From Camelus dromedarius (taxonomy: Eukaryota), in the NCBI RefSeq assembly GCF_036321535.1, contig NC_087451.1, forward strand, positions 19,654,001-19,718,000: a DNA stretch of 64,000 nucleotides, given 5' to 3'. Below the pieces are notes generated by a model that saw only the letters and a program-made list of their open reading frames with translations, was not told where the DNA came from and searched no databases. Position numbers and translations under genes: made by a program. Shown here piece after piece: positions 1-11,642 of this stretch. Numbering within the stretch: the stretch's first letter is position 1; each line of letters begins with the position of its first letter.

Positions 1-398
1 TCTAATCATGAGAAATCATTAGACAAAACCAAATTGAGGGACATTCTGCAAAATAACTTATCAGTACTCCACAAATGCGTCAAGATAATGAAAGGGAAAA
101 AAGAAAAAAAAGACCGAGGGATGGTCTCAGATTGGAAAAGCTAAGGAGATGTGACAACTAAATGCAAGGTGAAATCCTGGATTAGGTCCTGAATCAGAAA
201 AAGGGTATTAATGCGAAAACTGGAAAAATTCAAATAAGATTGACCTGTAGACTAGTTAACAGTATTGTATCAACACTAACTTCCTGGTTTCCATAATTAT
301 ACCAAGGCTGTGTAAAACATTTGGAGAAGCGGGGTGAAGGGTAGACAGGAAATATGCATTATTTTTGCAAATTTTCTGTGATCTAAAATTATTCCAAA

Positions 399-1087
399 GT
401 ATGGAGATTCCTCAAAAGACTTAAAATAGACTTACCATATGATACAGCAATCCCACTCCTGGGCATATATCCAGAGGGAATCTCAATTCAAAAAGATACA
501 TACACCCCAATGTTCTTAACAGTATTATTTANNNNNNNNNNNNNNNNNNNNNNNNNNNNNNNNNNNNNNNNNNNNNNNNNNNNNNNNNNNNNNNNNNNNN
601 NNNNNNNNNNNNNNNNNNNNNNNNNNNNNNNNNNNNNNNNNNNNNNNNNNNNNNNNNNNNNNNNNNNNNNNNNNNNNNNNNNNNNNNTAAGTAAAGTAAG
701 CCAGAAAGAGAAAGAAAAATACCATATGGTATAACTTATATGTGGCATCTAAGAAAAAGACAAACTAATTTACAAAACAGAAACAGACTTACAGACATAG
801 AAAACAAACCAGGGAGGGGAATGGGGTGGGAAGGGATAAACTGGGAGTCTGAGATTTGCAGATACTAATTTATATAAAATAGATAAACAAGTTCATACTG
901 TATAGTACAGGGGACTATATTCAACATCTTGTAGTAACTTACGGTGAAAAAGAATGTGAAAACAAATATATGTATGTTCGTGTATGACTGAGGCATTATG
1001 CTGTACACCAGAAATTAATACAACATTGTAAACTGACTATACTTCAATAAAACATACATATATAAATAAAATAAAATAAAATAAAAT
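399..1087 (+). mobile_element. 5'-truncated young L1 nested in an older L1M 3' end
   Basis: L1 ORF2 end and 3'UTR with (TAAAA)n tail; target-site duplication AAAATTATTCCAAA (385-398) / AAAATAATTCCAAA (1088-1101). Confidence 0.85.
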
Positions 1088-1275
1088 AAAATAATTCCAA
1101 ATAAGAAAGTTAGAAATGTCAAGATTTCTTTAAGTACTTTTATGGGTTTTTTTTTAATACTGTAATCTTTGATTTATCAGTAATACTGGCATAAGGTATT
1201 GATCCATATTTTTCCCCAAATGGTTACTCAGTTGTTCTAATAACTTTTACTGACTAATCCCTTTTCCCCACTGAT

Positions 1276-1490
1276 TTTTTATTTTAAAATTACCTATTTT
1301 TTAAATTATAAAAAATACATAACATAAAATTTACCATCTTAACCGTTTTTAATTAAAGTGTACAATTCAGTAGTGCTAAGTACACTCATCTTGTTGTGCA
1401 ACCAGTCTCCAGAATTCTTTTCATCTTCCAAAACTGAACTCATATAAGTAGCATCAAGCAGTATTTGTCTTTTCCTGACTGGCTTATGCT
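1276..1490 (-). mobile_element. Old L1M 3' end fragment
   Basis: T-rich tail then AAAATTTACCATCTTAACC...GTGTACAATTCAGTAG, typical of an antisense L1M 3' end. Confidence 0.65.
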
Positions 1491-2019
1491 GATTAACAAG
1501 CTACTAATTTCACAATAAAATGAAAACCTATTTTTGATGCTGGTTGGCAAAGCCTCTAGTGTTTACTAAGAGATAGATAGTTGAAGTGCTTGTAGTAGAG
1601 ACTTCTGGAGTGTGGATGAAGGACGTGAGGCACAGAGAGGTTAAGTGACCTGTTGCCAATCACACAGCCAAGAAGGAGAGGCTGCACCTTAAACCAAGGA
1701 CTGCTTCCACAGCTTGCTGTGGTCTTTGCCCTGGGCTGGGGCTCATATAAGAGAGTCCAGACATGGAAACTAACAGCATCTCGGTGGTGTTTGAAGATGG
1801 GAGGTGGGGGAAGTCACCCAAGGAATAGTGACCATCAATGTTTAAGGGACAAGCCAAGGAGACAACTGTGGAGCAGACTGGCGCTCTGTGAAGTTCATTA
1901 AAAAGCCCCCACTCCTGGGCTCTCCTTGTGCCTGGAGTGTATTGACAAATTAATCCCCACTCCCCACTGTAGGACCCTTCACAAACCTGCATTTCTGTAA
2001 GATAAAAACATCTTCTCTT

Positions 2020-2152
2020 GGGGGAGGGTTCAGTGGCAGAGTGCATGCCTAGCATGCGCAAGGTCCTGGGTTCAATTCCCAGTACCTATGTTTAAACACA
2101 CACACACACACACACACACCCCTAAAATTACCTACCCCTCCATTAAAAAAGT
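2020..2152 (+). mobile_element. tRNA-Ala-derived (Vic-1-type) SINE with internal (CA)n
   Basis: GGGGAGGG..CAGTGGCAGAG..GGTTCAATTCCCAGTACC head; 10-bp TSD ATCTTCTCTT (2010-2019 / 2153-2162). Confidence 0.85.
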
Positions 2153-2199
2153 ATCTTCTCTTCAGGAGTATTTACCCTAACAAAACTAAACTGCCCCAA

Positions 2200-2535
2200 G
2201 AAAGAGCCCACCTCACAATACCCTAGAGTAGTTAATCCTATTATTCAGAGTAGTCCTGACAGATCTTACAACTAGTCAGGTATCTCAGTCAGGTACCTGT
2301 GCACGAATTAATCACACAGCCCCCTACCCATTGTGTTCACAGCCCCTTCCGCCCAATAAAAGACCCTACACGTTCACCCTGGCACTCACACAGGCACTTC
2401 TGGTCTGTGTGGCCCACTGTTGCCTGTAACAGCATCTCTATTAAACTTTCTTTGTTCTTTAATCCTTTGGTAAATTCTTTTACCGCCTGTGCAACACCGG
2501 CCAGCCTTGTGTCCCACAACAACCTGGTAATACAT
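2200..2535 (+). mobile_element. ERV LTR-like remnant
   Basis: AATAAAAGACCC and GGTAAATTCTTTTACC motifs resemble ERV1 LTR 3' halves; boundaries uncertain. Confidence 0.4.
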
Positions 2536-2849
2536 CCTCAGTGACTGGCAGGCTGTGGGTTCTCAATCAAAACTCATTAGACGAAATTTAAGACGGAGAA
2601 GCCAGAACAGCGGGAGGTAAGCCAGGGGAAGACAAGGGAGAACATATTTCAAATATGGTCACCATATTATATGCTGAGAAGAGGTCAAGCTCAAGTCTGA
2701 GAAGTAACTTCTAGATTTAGGAACAAGAAAGTCATTGGTGATGAGCAGTTTCTTGGGACTGTAGGAGCAGGAAAGTTCTGGTAAATATTTAACAACCAAC
2801 TTTCCCCCAACAAAGTATGCATTTATGTACATACGTAAATTTATTATAA

Positions 2850-3001
2850 GGGGAAGGGAGGGTATAGCTCAGTGGTATAGCATGTGCTTAGCATGCAGAG
2901 GTCCTCGGTTCAATCCCCAGTACCTCCACTAAAAAGATAAATAAATAAATTTAAAATAAATAAATAAACCTAATACCCCCAAAAAAGCTTAATTAAAAAA
3001 A
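2850..3001 (+). mobile_element. Vic-1-type SINE inside an older AT-rich DNA-transposon-like remnant
   Basis: GGGAGGGTATAGCTCAGTGG...GGTTCAATCCCCAGTACCTCCA head with A-rich tail. Confidence 0.85.
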
Positions 3002-4450
3002 TAAGTTTGTACATATTTTACTGATAAAAGGATGTGTAACACAGAATTTACAAATAAAATAAACAGTATTCTTTATTGTAAATTCTACTCTTATATCCAT
3101 GATTTCATAAATGGAGTTGTAGCCTAAGTTCCAATATGAAGGTTGGTTGATATTTTTATTTACATTTTCAAGTAACACAAAAATAAAACACTGAAGATAC
3201 GTTGAAACTTCACAGATTTTTCAATTACTTGGGTGACTTCTTTGCTGAATCTGGTAAGTTTTCAAATTTTGGGAGAGTATTCCCTCAATTTTTTGTGCTA
3301 TTCACAATGTAACAGTCACAGACATGACACTTAAAAGTTTAACCTGCATTATTAACATTTTCTCCATCACTTTCTTAAGTGGAGACAATCAACAAAACCT
3401 GATATGTAGAATTTGCCAATTTTTGTGGTGTAGATACTCCCACTCAGGCCAATTTCAAACTATTGACTTGATGTCACTAAGTAAATTGGGAAGAGATACA
3501 CAGTAGTACATAATTTTATAGTATTTCCACCATACAGATACAATAAATGTAGACGACATAAAAACATATAATAGTAAATTTAGAAAATAACCAGGACGTA
3601 AAGAGTTTTGAGTATTTATTCTCTCTGTTTAAAAATGTATTTAATTGCAAGATTACATGGTTTAATTTTTGATAATTGTATTTAACAACCAGTCCACAAT
3701 GTTTTTGAAAAACAATCAGTTTTCACAAGTTAATAGAGCACATCACTGGGTGTGGTGAAAGCCAGATTGCAGTGGAATGTGACTTTCCTTATCAAGCCTG
3801 TAACCATAGCCCGTATTGTCCACCTTTCTTGCCTCGGGAACAATCTGCTCCCCTACCTCTCTGCTGAAGCCACACTCCAGGACCTCACTCAGACTGATCT
3901 TGTAGGAGCAATACTCCTGCCACATTTAGCAAATGAATCCTTACTCTACAGCATCTGTAAGTCTTCTTTGTAGCATGTATCACAATTTGCTATTAAATTA
4001 CTCTGGGAGTACCATAAATCGCTTCGTGTCTGTCTCCATGAACCATGATATCTGTGATGGTGGGGGCAGAGTTATGGGTCATATTCACTAAGTACCTACT
4101 ACAGTGCTTTGCATATAGTATATGCTCAGTAAGCACTCACTGAATGAATACTCAAAACGAAAGGCTGTCGGAAGAGACAGAACGTTATCTGCGTGGAGGA
4201 ATGACCTGAGGAGCACAATCAGAAAGCACCTCCTTGGAAGCCTTTTGCTTAGTTAGAATAGCCAGGGGGGTGAAAATTATTCACAGAACCTTCTCTAGAA
4301 AACAATCCTGAAAACATTCTTCCTGTAACAAAGTAGAACATAAGCATCGCTAGCTACTATATACAAAATAGTAACAATTTTTCCTAAATGCTCACACAAA
4401 GCCCACCTCTCCTACGTACCACGCACGGAACAACCGTGATAACAATACAC

Positions 4451-4464
4451 TGTCTGTCAAAAAC
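4451..4464 (-). terminator. Putative snRNA 3' box downstream of U8
   Basis: GTTTTTGACAGACA about 28 nt past the mature 3' end, resembling GTTTN(0-3)AAARNNAGA. Confidence 0.55.
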
Positions 4465-4492
4465 GTAAATAAGAGTAATGATCGCCAGTTAG

Positions 4493-4630
4493 AATCAGAC
4501 AGGAGCAATCAGGGTGTTGCAAGTCCTGATCACGCAGAGCCGTTAATCACGAATCATGCGAGCTCCAATCATCATATTCTATTCTGCCCTCCAAACGGAG
4601 GAACAGGTAAGGATTATCCTACCTGACGAT
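4493..4630 (-). ncRNA. SNORD118: U8 box C/D snoRNA (SNORD118)
   Basis: Minus strand reads ATCGTCAGGTAGGATAATCCTTACCTGTTCCTCC...ATGATGATTGGAG...CTTGCAACACCCTGATTGCTCCTGTCTGATT (138 nt). It is near-identical to mammalian U8, with C box ATGATGA and terminal D box CTGA, and lies downstream of TMEM107 as in human. Confidence 0.97.
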
Positions 4631-4673
4631 AACATGCTCATCTGCGGCAGTCAATACTCTGGGGAAAAGACCC

Positions 4674-4691
4674 CACTATTAGTAAGGGTGA
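4674..4691 (-). promoter_or_regulatory. snRNA-type proximal sequence element (PSE) of U8
   Basis: TCACCCTTACTAATAGTG at -61 to -44 from the U8 5' end; fits the TCACCNTNA(C/G)TNAAA PSE consensus and position. Confidence 0.85.
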
Positions 4692-4808
4692 GTAATAACG
4701 CAGCAAACTACAAGGTACTTAGGTTCTTCCATTTCTGTTGTTACACTAATTTGCAGATTGTTAAAGTCTGTTTTTCCACTTGACTGCCAAAAAAGGATAA
4801 GTGAACTC

Positions 4809-4880
4809 CTCCCAGAATGCTCCACTCACGAACTGGGTGCCCTAACATACACGCACCAAATTATTTACATGTCTCCGCCC
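4809..4880. promoter_or_regulatory. U8 distal sequence element (ZNF143/Staf site, octamer variant, GC box)
   Basis: CTCCCAGAATGCTCCACT (4809-4826) matches the SPH/ZNF143 motif; ATTTACAT (4863-4870) is an octamer variant; CCGCCC follows. All lie about 180-250 nt upstream of U8. Confidence 0.7.
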
Positions 4881-5209
4881 ACGCTCTTCCGCCAGACCGC
4901 TACCGTAATAACTAAAATAAAAGCGATACCTATTATCTTACAGTCTGTAAGGCTGAAAAACTGATTTCCGCTTCTCTAGTACTTTGGCCACCCCAATTCT
5001 CCCCTGAAATTTTTTTAAATCTTGATCTTATCCTAAAATATATTTCATTAAAAAGAACTACAAACAAAACGCAGATAATTTCAGACTCGAGAGATAATTA
5101 CCCAAACACCAACAATGACATTCTCCACCAAATGGAGATTTAGGGGGAGAGCTGAAGCCCGTGGTTTCCTTCTTCCAGAAACGGTGAGTCGTTCTTCGCT
5201 CCTCCAGCC

Positions 5210-5215
5210 TTTATT
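5210..5215 (-). terminator. Proximal polyadenylation signal of TMEM107
   Basis: AATAAA on the minus strand about 22 nt after the stop codon. Confidence 0.55.
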
Positions 5216-5237
5216 CCTACTTCTGGCCATGAAAGTA

Positions 5238-6884
5238 TCAGAAAGGTTTCTTTTTCAGCCCAAAGACGTTGATGAATAATGCTATTTCAGTGACAGCTGG
5301 GAGGGCACTGCGGAAGGTAGGTGGTCGGTTTAGGGCCCCTTCCAATAAAAATAATCAAATTCCCAAACTAGAGATCCCACCCCAAAAGTGTAGGAGGGGA
5401 ACACTTCAAAAGACTACAAGATGTTGAGTGGATCAGATATCTCATAAATGGAGTAAGGGCTGGGTAGGGGAAATCTTCAGATTAAGAGTAAATCTTCCTT
5501 CCCTATCCCCAAACATTGGGAGATACCATACCTGCAGAAGACAAAAATGTACCAGTATGTGGTGCACTCCCAACGCTCAAATATGAAAAAGGATAGGGAC
5601 ACAGATGCACTACAGTGAGCCCCAATGGCTTGGGAACGCACCAGGGTCAAGGAAAGCCTTTGGATCAACAGGTTGTTAGTGATGGCCCACAAAAAGCTAG
5701 GGTGGGCTGGCATCTGCATTCAGGTTCACCTCCTGGAGAGCAGAGCACCTCTTGCTCCCTTTATCACATTGCAAAGGCCAGAGCCAGCAGCCCTGACTTC
5801 TGAATTTTAGGACAACCATGTGAGTAGAGGACAGAGTTGAGCCTGCACAGCTGGGACCCCAAGCTATCCCCACTGCATATCTAGCCTGGACCCTTCAGGT
5901 GAGGTAGTAGGCCCCCCATCTACTCCAGGCACAGAGAAATGCTCACAGTGACATTATACACTCTGCAGAATCACTCTCCAGCACCCTGGTCCTCCTCATC
6001 CAAAATTCAGATATTGAGAGCCTTCCCTGATCCACCTTCGTTTCTTTTGAGTTCCCATAGTGCTTCATATTTTTACACATCCTATGAACATTGAATTATA
6101 GATGTCTATGTGTCTGCCTCTTCCTCAAGGTAGAAAACTGTGTTTTACTCCCATTTTGAGATCACCATTGCCTGGTGCATAGCAGGAGCTTAACAAATGA
6201 CCAAAGATTGTATTAAATCTTCCACATTGCCTAAGATCTCTCAACTGGAGGAATTCTGTTTGCCTACTAGGGCAAAAACCACTGTACCAGAAAGGCCTAG
6301 TTAGATGGCTGGAGGGAGCTGTGATGGAAATGGGCCGTGCAGGAAAGGTGAGCAAGTAGAAAGGATACAGATGAGGCTCTGGGTGCTGTTGAACATGGAC
6401 ACTCCCGAGAAGAAACCGGCCAGCTCCACTGCAAAGAGGCCCAGAGTGACAGAGAGTGCTGCTACCAACCTGCAAAAAGGAAGGGGGATGGCTCAGGCCT
6501 TCTGATCTTTTTCTAAGATCCCTTCACTCCCATTGCTGCTTAATTCTGACCACCACACCCCGAGTGCTCACTGAATGTCCTGCTTTTCATACTCCTCGGG
6601 AGTGAACGTGAGAGGCAGGCAGGCCTGGATGTTGCTGTCCTGGGGAGTAGGGCAGAGAGGAAGAAAAGTTCAAAGAGGTCGGGTGGCAAAGGATGGGAGG
6701 AAGCGACCGGGTAAGGGCCCGGGGGAAAGGGTTGGGTGGGGCTGGGACCACCCCAAGGTGGGAATGGGGACGAGATGAGAGGGGCCATAGGCCTTACCCG
6801 GGACCAGAATAACGTGATGACGACCACCAGATGCGCCAGGAGCGTCAAGAAACGAGAGGGCACGAGCCCCGAAATCCGGCCCAT
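5238..6884 (-). CDS. TMEM107: Transmembrane protein 107 (ciliary transition zone), 5 coding exons, 140 aa
   Basis: Exons 6884-6798, 6639-6572, 6469-6369, 5628-5532, 5307-5238, all GT-AG, total 423 nt. Protein MGRISGLVPSRFLTLLAHLVVVITLFWSRDSNIQACLPL...FERWECTTYWYIFVFCSALPAVTE...GLKKKPF*. Confidence 0.97.
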
Positions 6885-7028
6885 GGCCCCCAGGGGCAGG
6901 GGTACAGCCTGGAGCAGAGGCCGTGGTCTCCGGGGCTGGAAGCTCAGGGAAGGCCACTCCTCAAATCTCTCAGTTTAGCAGAGAAAATTCGATGTACGCC
7001 TCCTTCCCGCTAGTGCAGGCGCCACCCA

Positions 7029-7042
7029 GTTGCCTTGGTAAC
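7029..7042. promoter_or_regulatory. RFX X-box in TMEM107 promoter
   Basis: GTTGCCTTGGTAAC, a near-palindromic X-box in the CpG island about 150 nt upstream of the ATG of a ciliary gene. Confidence 0.8.
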
Positions 7043-7078
7043 CGCGTAAGCGGGAGCTACGACGGGAATCTCTGAAAA

Positions 7079-7088
7079 TCTCGCGAGA
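7079..7088. promoter_or_regulatory. TCTCGCGAGA palindrome (BANP/ZBTB33-type motif)
   Basis: Perfect 10-bp palindrome in the TMEM107 CpG-island promoter. Confidence 0.7.
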
Positions 7089-7550
7089 GCAGTAAATTCT
7101 CGAGCCGCGGCGGGCCTCCTGCGGAGGGCAGGTACCGGGTCCTGGCCAGGTGCCGATCGCTTTCTGCCAGCCGCCTCCTCAAGCGCAGCAGAGCTGTCGG
7201 CACCAGAGAGTGTGCGGTGGCGCGCCCCGCACCGCCTAGTCAAGTACAGTAGACCTCACTGCTTCTTTCCCATGAGATGACCCTTAAAATGAGTGATACT
7301 GCTGACATCTAAAGTACAATGAGTGGTGGGCTTCCCTTGCAAATCGACATGGAAATTGCAAGCATGGAAACATTCTTAGCACATAGACAAGATTCAAGGA
7401 CTAAAGAGCTTTTTATGCTTTTCTCTCGGCCTGTAATTTACATGCCCTTTCTCCTAGGAATAGAGAGCCCAAGCCTTCAGAGCCAAGCTCCCCCGGATAG
7501 TTTATCAAGTCTGACTCTCCTAGAGTGAAAGTGATGAAAGCCCAGGATCT

Positions 7551-7579
7551 GTTTGTTTGTTTGTTTGTTTGTTTGTTTT
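7551..7579. repeat. (GTTT)n microsatellite
   Basis: About 7 units of GTTT. Confidence 0.85.
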
Positions 7580-8572
7580 GCAAGATTCTCCAAGGTCCCT
7601 GGAACAAATAAAGTGAAGAGAAGGAGTCAGCTGTGTGAAGATGTGGGGAAAGAGCATTCCAGGCAGAGGCACAACAAGGGCAAAGTTCCTTAGGTGGGAA
7701 CAAGCGCCTTGTGTTTGTTGAACAGAAAAGGAGCTAGTGTGTCTGAAGCCTAGTAGTGGAAGAGGAAGAAGACATCAGGGTGAAGTGGGATGAGTAGACA
7801 GGCCTTGCCGCCAAGGTGGGGAGGGGAGGAGGACAGGCTCAAATTTGTATTCCAAAAGATGACTTGGGTTACAACATGGAGAATGGATTTTTAAGAAGAT
7901 TTTAAGCAGTAGGTTTGTGAAGAAGCCATAGACTTATCCAGGAAGGAAAGAATGAGATTGGACAAGGTGGAGTCAAGGAGATGGAGTGAAGTGGAAGGAA
8001 TCTAGAGATCGTTAGAAAATAAGGAAATCTGAACACGGGACTGTGGGTGGGTGAGGAAAAGGGAGGGATCAAAGCTGGCTTTGATTTTGGGCTCCAATAG
8101 CTGGAAGTTTGGGGCATTGTGCTCATAATAGTCTTCCTGCCTAGGGGACCTATAGATAGTAAAAACTGGTAGTCAACGTTCACACTGTGAATTAGGAAAC
8201 AGCAGGCATTTAGGTCTGTCCTGTCACTTTCCGTGACCTTGGTTCACAGAAGCCTGCTCTACAGAGGCATCTCTCAAAAGCAAGTTTTGGGGCCACCCTG
8301 TGGCCATAGGAAGTACTGCCGGTGACCAGGTTTAAAAACAAAGAATGTGCTCTAATCAATTCATTGTTTACCATGAGTTACAGGTCATACAGGAAAGACT
8401 GGATAAATGTGCGATTTTTTACCCCCATTATTTATCAGAATAAAGGTTCCCTAGCATCCTCCCAAAGTGACTAATTAGGTTTTTTTAGTTGTTAGGTTTT
8501 AGCATATTTTGTGTGTTTCAGTCTATTGCAGCTGTTATTCTTTTTGATTCTCATATTGTCTCACTTTTGGAT

Positions 8573-8777
8573 TAGTGCTGTCCAACAGGACTTTCCATGA
8601 TGATAGAAATATTTCATATTGTCTCTGTCCTGTATGGTAGCCAGCTAGCTCCTTGTGAGTCCTGAACACTTGAAATGTGGCTATTGGGACTAATGAACTG
8701 AATTTTAAAATTTTAACTTAATTTGAATAGCCCCTTAATGAATAGCCATCCTAGTGTCTACCATATGGAGCAAGGCA
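8573..8777. mobile_element. MER3-like hAT-Charlie DNA transposon
   Basis: AGTGCTGTCCAACAGGACTTTCCATGATGATAGAAAT...CACTTGAAATGTGGCTA consensus-like text. Confidence 0.65.
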
Positions 8778-9689
8778 CCTCTGGACAGAATAGTTTATTG
8801 GCTTCCTAATATTTGGAAGTTGGTGGGGTGAATGGAGCAGATTTAAACCCCAGAGAGCACTCTAGGTAGTACTCAGGGTAATGACACTGGACTAATCCTA
8901 CTTCTCACTTGCCTCAGCGTGGCCACTTACTGGGAGTGCAGAAGGACTGGGAAGGAACGATGACAGGGTCAAGTAGAGATGTCCAAAAGCACTGGATGTC
9001 TGAATCCAGAGGTAGGGGCAGGATTTAGGAGCCCATAGCACACAGGTAATGGCTGACTCCAGGGAAGGTGTGTATCATGAGGAGAGAATACAGTTTGAGG
9101 GGGAAAGACAGAAAAAGAGACTGGGGGCGGAAAGCTAGGGGAAGGCCAGCAGAAAAGTGTCATGACAACCAAGGAAGAAGAAGGTTCTTAAAAAAGATGT
9201 TGCCCAGTCAATTAAGGCCAGCCTCATGGAATGCCAACGAGCTTGGCCGTGATGGTGGTCCCTGATAACTTTCCAGAGAGCCATTATATGGAAAGTGCAG
9301 GCATTTGGCTTGGAAGGGAAGGAGTGAGACACAGCATGACTTCTTTTGCCATCTTGACTGGTAGAACCCCTCTCATCCTTCAAGAAGCAAATAGGGTCTC
9401 TGCCAGCTTCTGGTATCTCTCTTTAGACGTTCTCAGCTGTCTCACCTGGGGAGCTTTACAAAATGTTGATATTTTTGGTGATAGAAATCAGAATAGTGGT
9501 TTAGGAAGGGACATGAAAGAATCTTCTAGGGTGAAGGAAATGTCTTCTACAAAGAAAGGTTATGGGTTGAATTTGTCAGAAATCTCCAAAATAAACACAT
9601 AAGATCTGTGCATTTCATTGTAGGTAAATTATTCCTTAGAATTGTAAAAAGTGAGGAAGTTACCAATGCTGGGGTTCTGACCTGGACCA

Positions 9690-9892
9690 TTTATTTATTT
9701 GTTTGTTTGTTTGTTTATTGAAGTATAGTTGATTTACAATGTTGTGTTAGCGTCAGGTGTACAGCATAATGATTCAGATACACATATATATTCTTTTCCA
9801 TTGTAAGTTATCACAAGATATTGAATATAGTTTCCTGTGCTATACATTAGGTCTTTGTTGTGTATGTTATATATAGTATTGTGTATCTGTTT
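9690..9892 (-). mobile_element. Young L1 3' end fragment
   Basis: Reverse complement of the same L1 3'UTR seen at 900-1087, with an (AAAC)n/(AAAT)n tail. Confidence 0.8.
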
Positions 9893-10337
9893 ACTCCGGA
9901 CTTTTAAATCATTATATCCAAATCTGGGGTTTCTGTGTAGCTATCTGTAAGACTCGGCAGGCAAGTTTAATGTGCAGCCGGGGAGGAGACGCACCTCTGG
10001 AGGAGGTAATCCCTCATCCCCACGTGACGAGGGCTTTAGCTTGGCTCCACCTTGTTGCGTTTGCCTGGTGTCAGTTCTTCCTCCCGTTTCTGCGCAAGTC
10101 CATCCGGGCTGGGTTGTTAGCTCTCGGTCCCCCAGGGAAGTAGTTCAGGGCGGCCTGGTCGTCGGCAGGACACAGGGGACGGGGTGCGGAGGGCCCTGCT
10201 GGTCTCACGAGGCCTGCGGGACAGCACAGGCGCCACGAAGCGGGATTTTAGAGGTTTAGGAAAGCCGTCGGCTCTTGCGCTTCGCCGCCTGGCCGTCCAG
10301 TGGTCATAAGAGGACCTGGCCAGCACTGTGGCCGACT

Positions 10338-10409
10338 GACCTCGTGGCGCAACGGTAGCGCGTCTGACTCCAGATCAGAAGGTTGCGTGTTCAAATCACG
10401 TCGGGGTCA
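10338..10409 (+). tRNA. tRNA-Trp(CCA)
   Basis: GACCTCGTGGCGCAACGG...CTCCAGA...GTTCAAATCACGTCGGGGTCA, 72 nt cloverleaf, T6 terminator at 10416-10421. Confidence 0.98.
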
Positions 10410-10850
10410 ACTGCCTTTTTTCTAACGGGTTGAGTATTTTTATTTATTCTCCTCATTTTCAACTCTTGAAGCCCCAACGTCCAGGTCAGAGAAGAAGCAC
10501 CTCGTAGGAGCCAGAACGGGAGGAATCTTGGCGCGAAGTCCCGAGCCACCCCGCTGGGGGAGCCCAAGGATCTCGCGGTAGTTTTTGCGATAGATCTGGG
10601 TTACCGTAAATATGGACGGAAAGCTGGGCTCCTTAAGACTGAGGCACGCGCCGAATCGCTCAACGCAGAGGAGAGGTTTGGGCGCTGGCGCAGGTTAAAA
10701 GGTCCCTTGGCAGCCAGAGCCTTTCGAATCGTCTTTGCGGTGCTGGGCAGAAACCCTCGAAACGCGCTCCCTTCGCGACGTGGGTGGGCTCACGCTTACT
10801 CTGAGAAGAGTTCAGACCCCAGAGAGAAAATGTTAGAACCACTTTTTGTG

Positions 10851-10932
10851 GACGAGGTGGCCGAGTGGTTAAGGCGATGGACTGCTAATCCATTGTGCTC
10901 TGCACGCGTGGGTTCGAATCCCATCCTCGTCG
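10851..10932 (+). tRNA. tRNA-Ser(GCT)
   Basis: GACGAGGTGGCCGAGTGG...CTGCTAA...long variable arm...GTTCGAATCCCATCCTCGTCG, 82 nt. Confidence 0.98.
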
Positions 10933-11182
10933 GTTTCTGAGTACTACGACCACTGTTCAGTTTTATAATCCAAAGACATGAATTTCTCTTGTTACCTTCC
11001 CTCTGCCAGATTCAGTTTCTGTGTTATCCCTTCACTCTAGCTCACAGCAGCTGCGGTTTTCGTCCCTTCTACCCGGTTTTCCAGTACAGCCAAAGGTTAA
11101 TTAGGAAGGAGATCCTGGCATTCGCTTTCCTGACATGAATCTGACCTGGCCAAGGAAATAACTTGCGAACACCGACGCGCTA

Positions 11183-11256
11183 GGCGCCGTGGCTTAGCTG
11201 GTTAAAGCGCCTGTCTAGTAAACAGGAGATCCTGGGTTCGAATCCCAGCGGTGCCT
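11183..11256 (+). tRNA. tRNA-Thr(AGT)
   Basis: GGCGCCGTGGCTTAGCTGG...CTAGTAA...GTTCGAATCCCAGCGGTGCCT, 74 nt, T4 at 11271. Confidence 0.98.
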
Positions 11257-11642
11257 CCGCCATCGGTTGCTTTTGCAAACACACTGCGAGGAAGTAACGT
11301 TGAATCTCTGGGCTACGATTTTCTACAGATCCATCCCTTCTCTCTCTTCGGCAATCTACCAGGTGCTATCAGGCTGCGTTTTCCATTTCCGGTTGTATGA
11401 GTCAGCGCTAAGTGTAGGTTGTTAGTCCCGCGCTCTGTTTGCGACTAGACCTGCCGCCAGGCACCGTAGTGCTTGTCAACATTTTGGCTTGGCTATTACT
11501 TCCCGAAATGCTCATTCAATCTTCGTATTCTGTTTTCCTGTCCCAAAATAGCTTTACCAATTTTTAAATTTTTCTTAAGTCACCATTGATCAATAGTGTA
11601 TCTTTTACATAGTTTCATATTAAAAAAAAAAGAATATCAACC

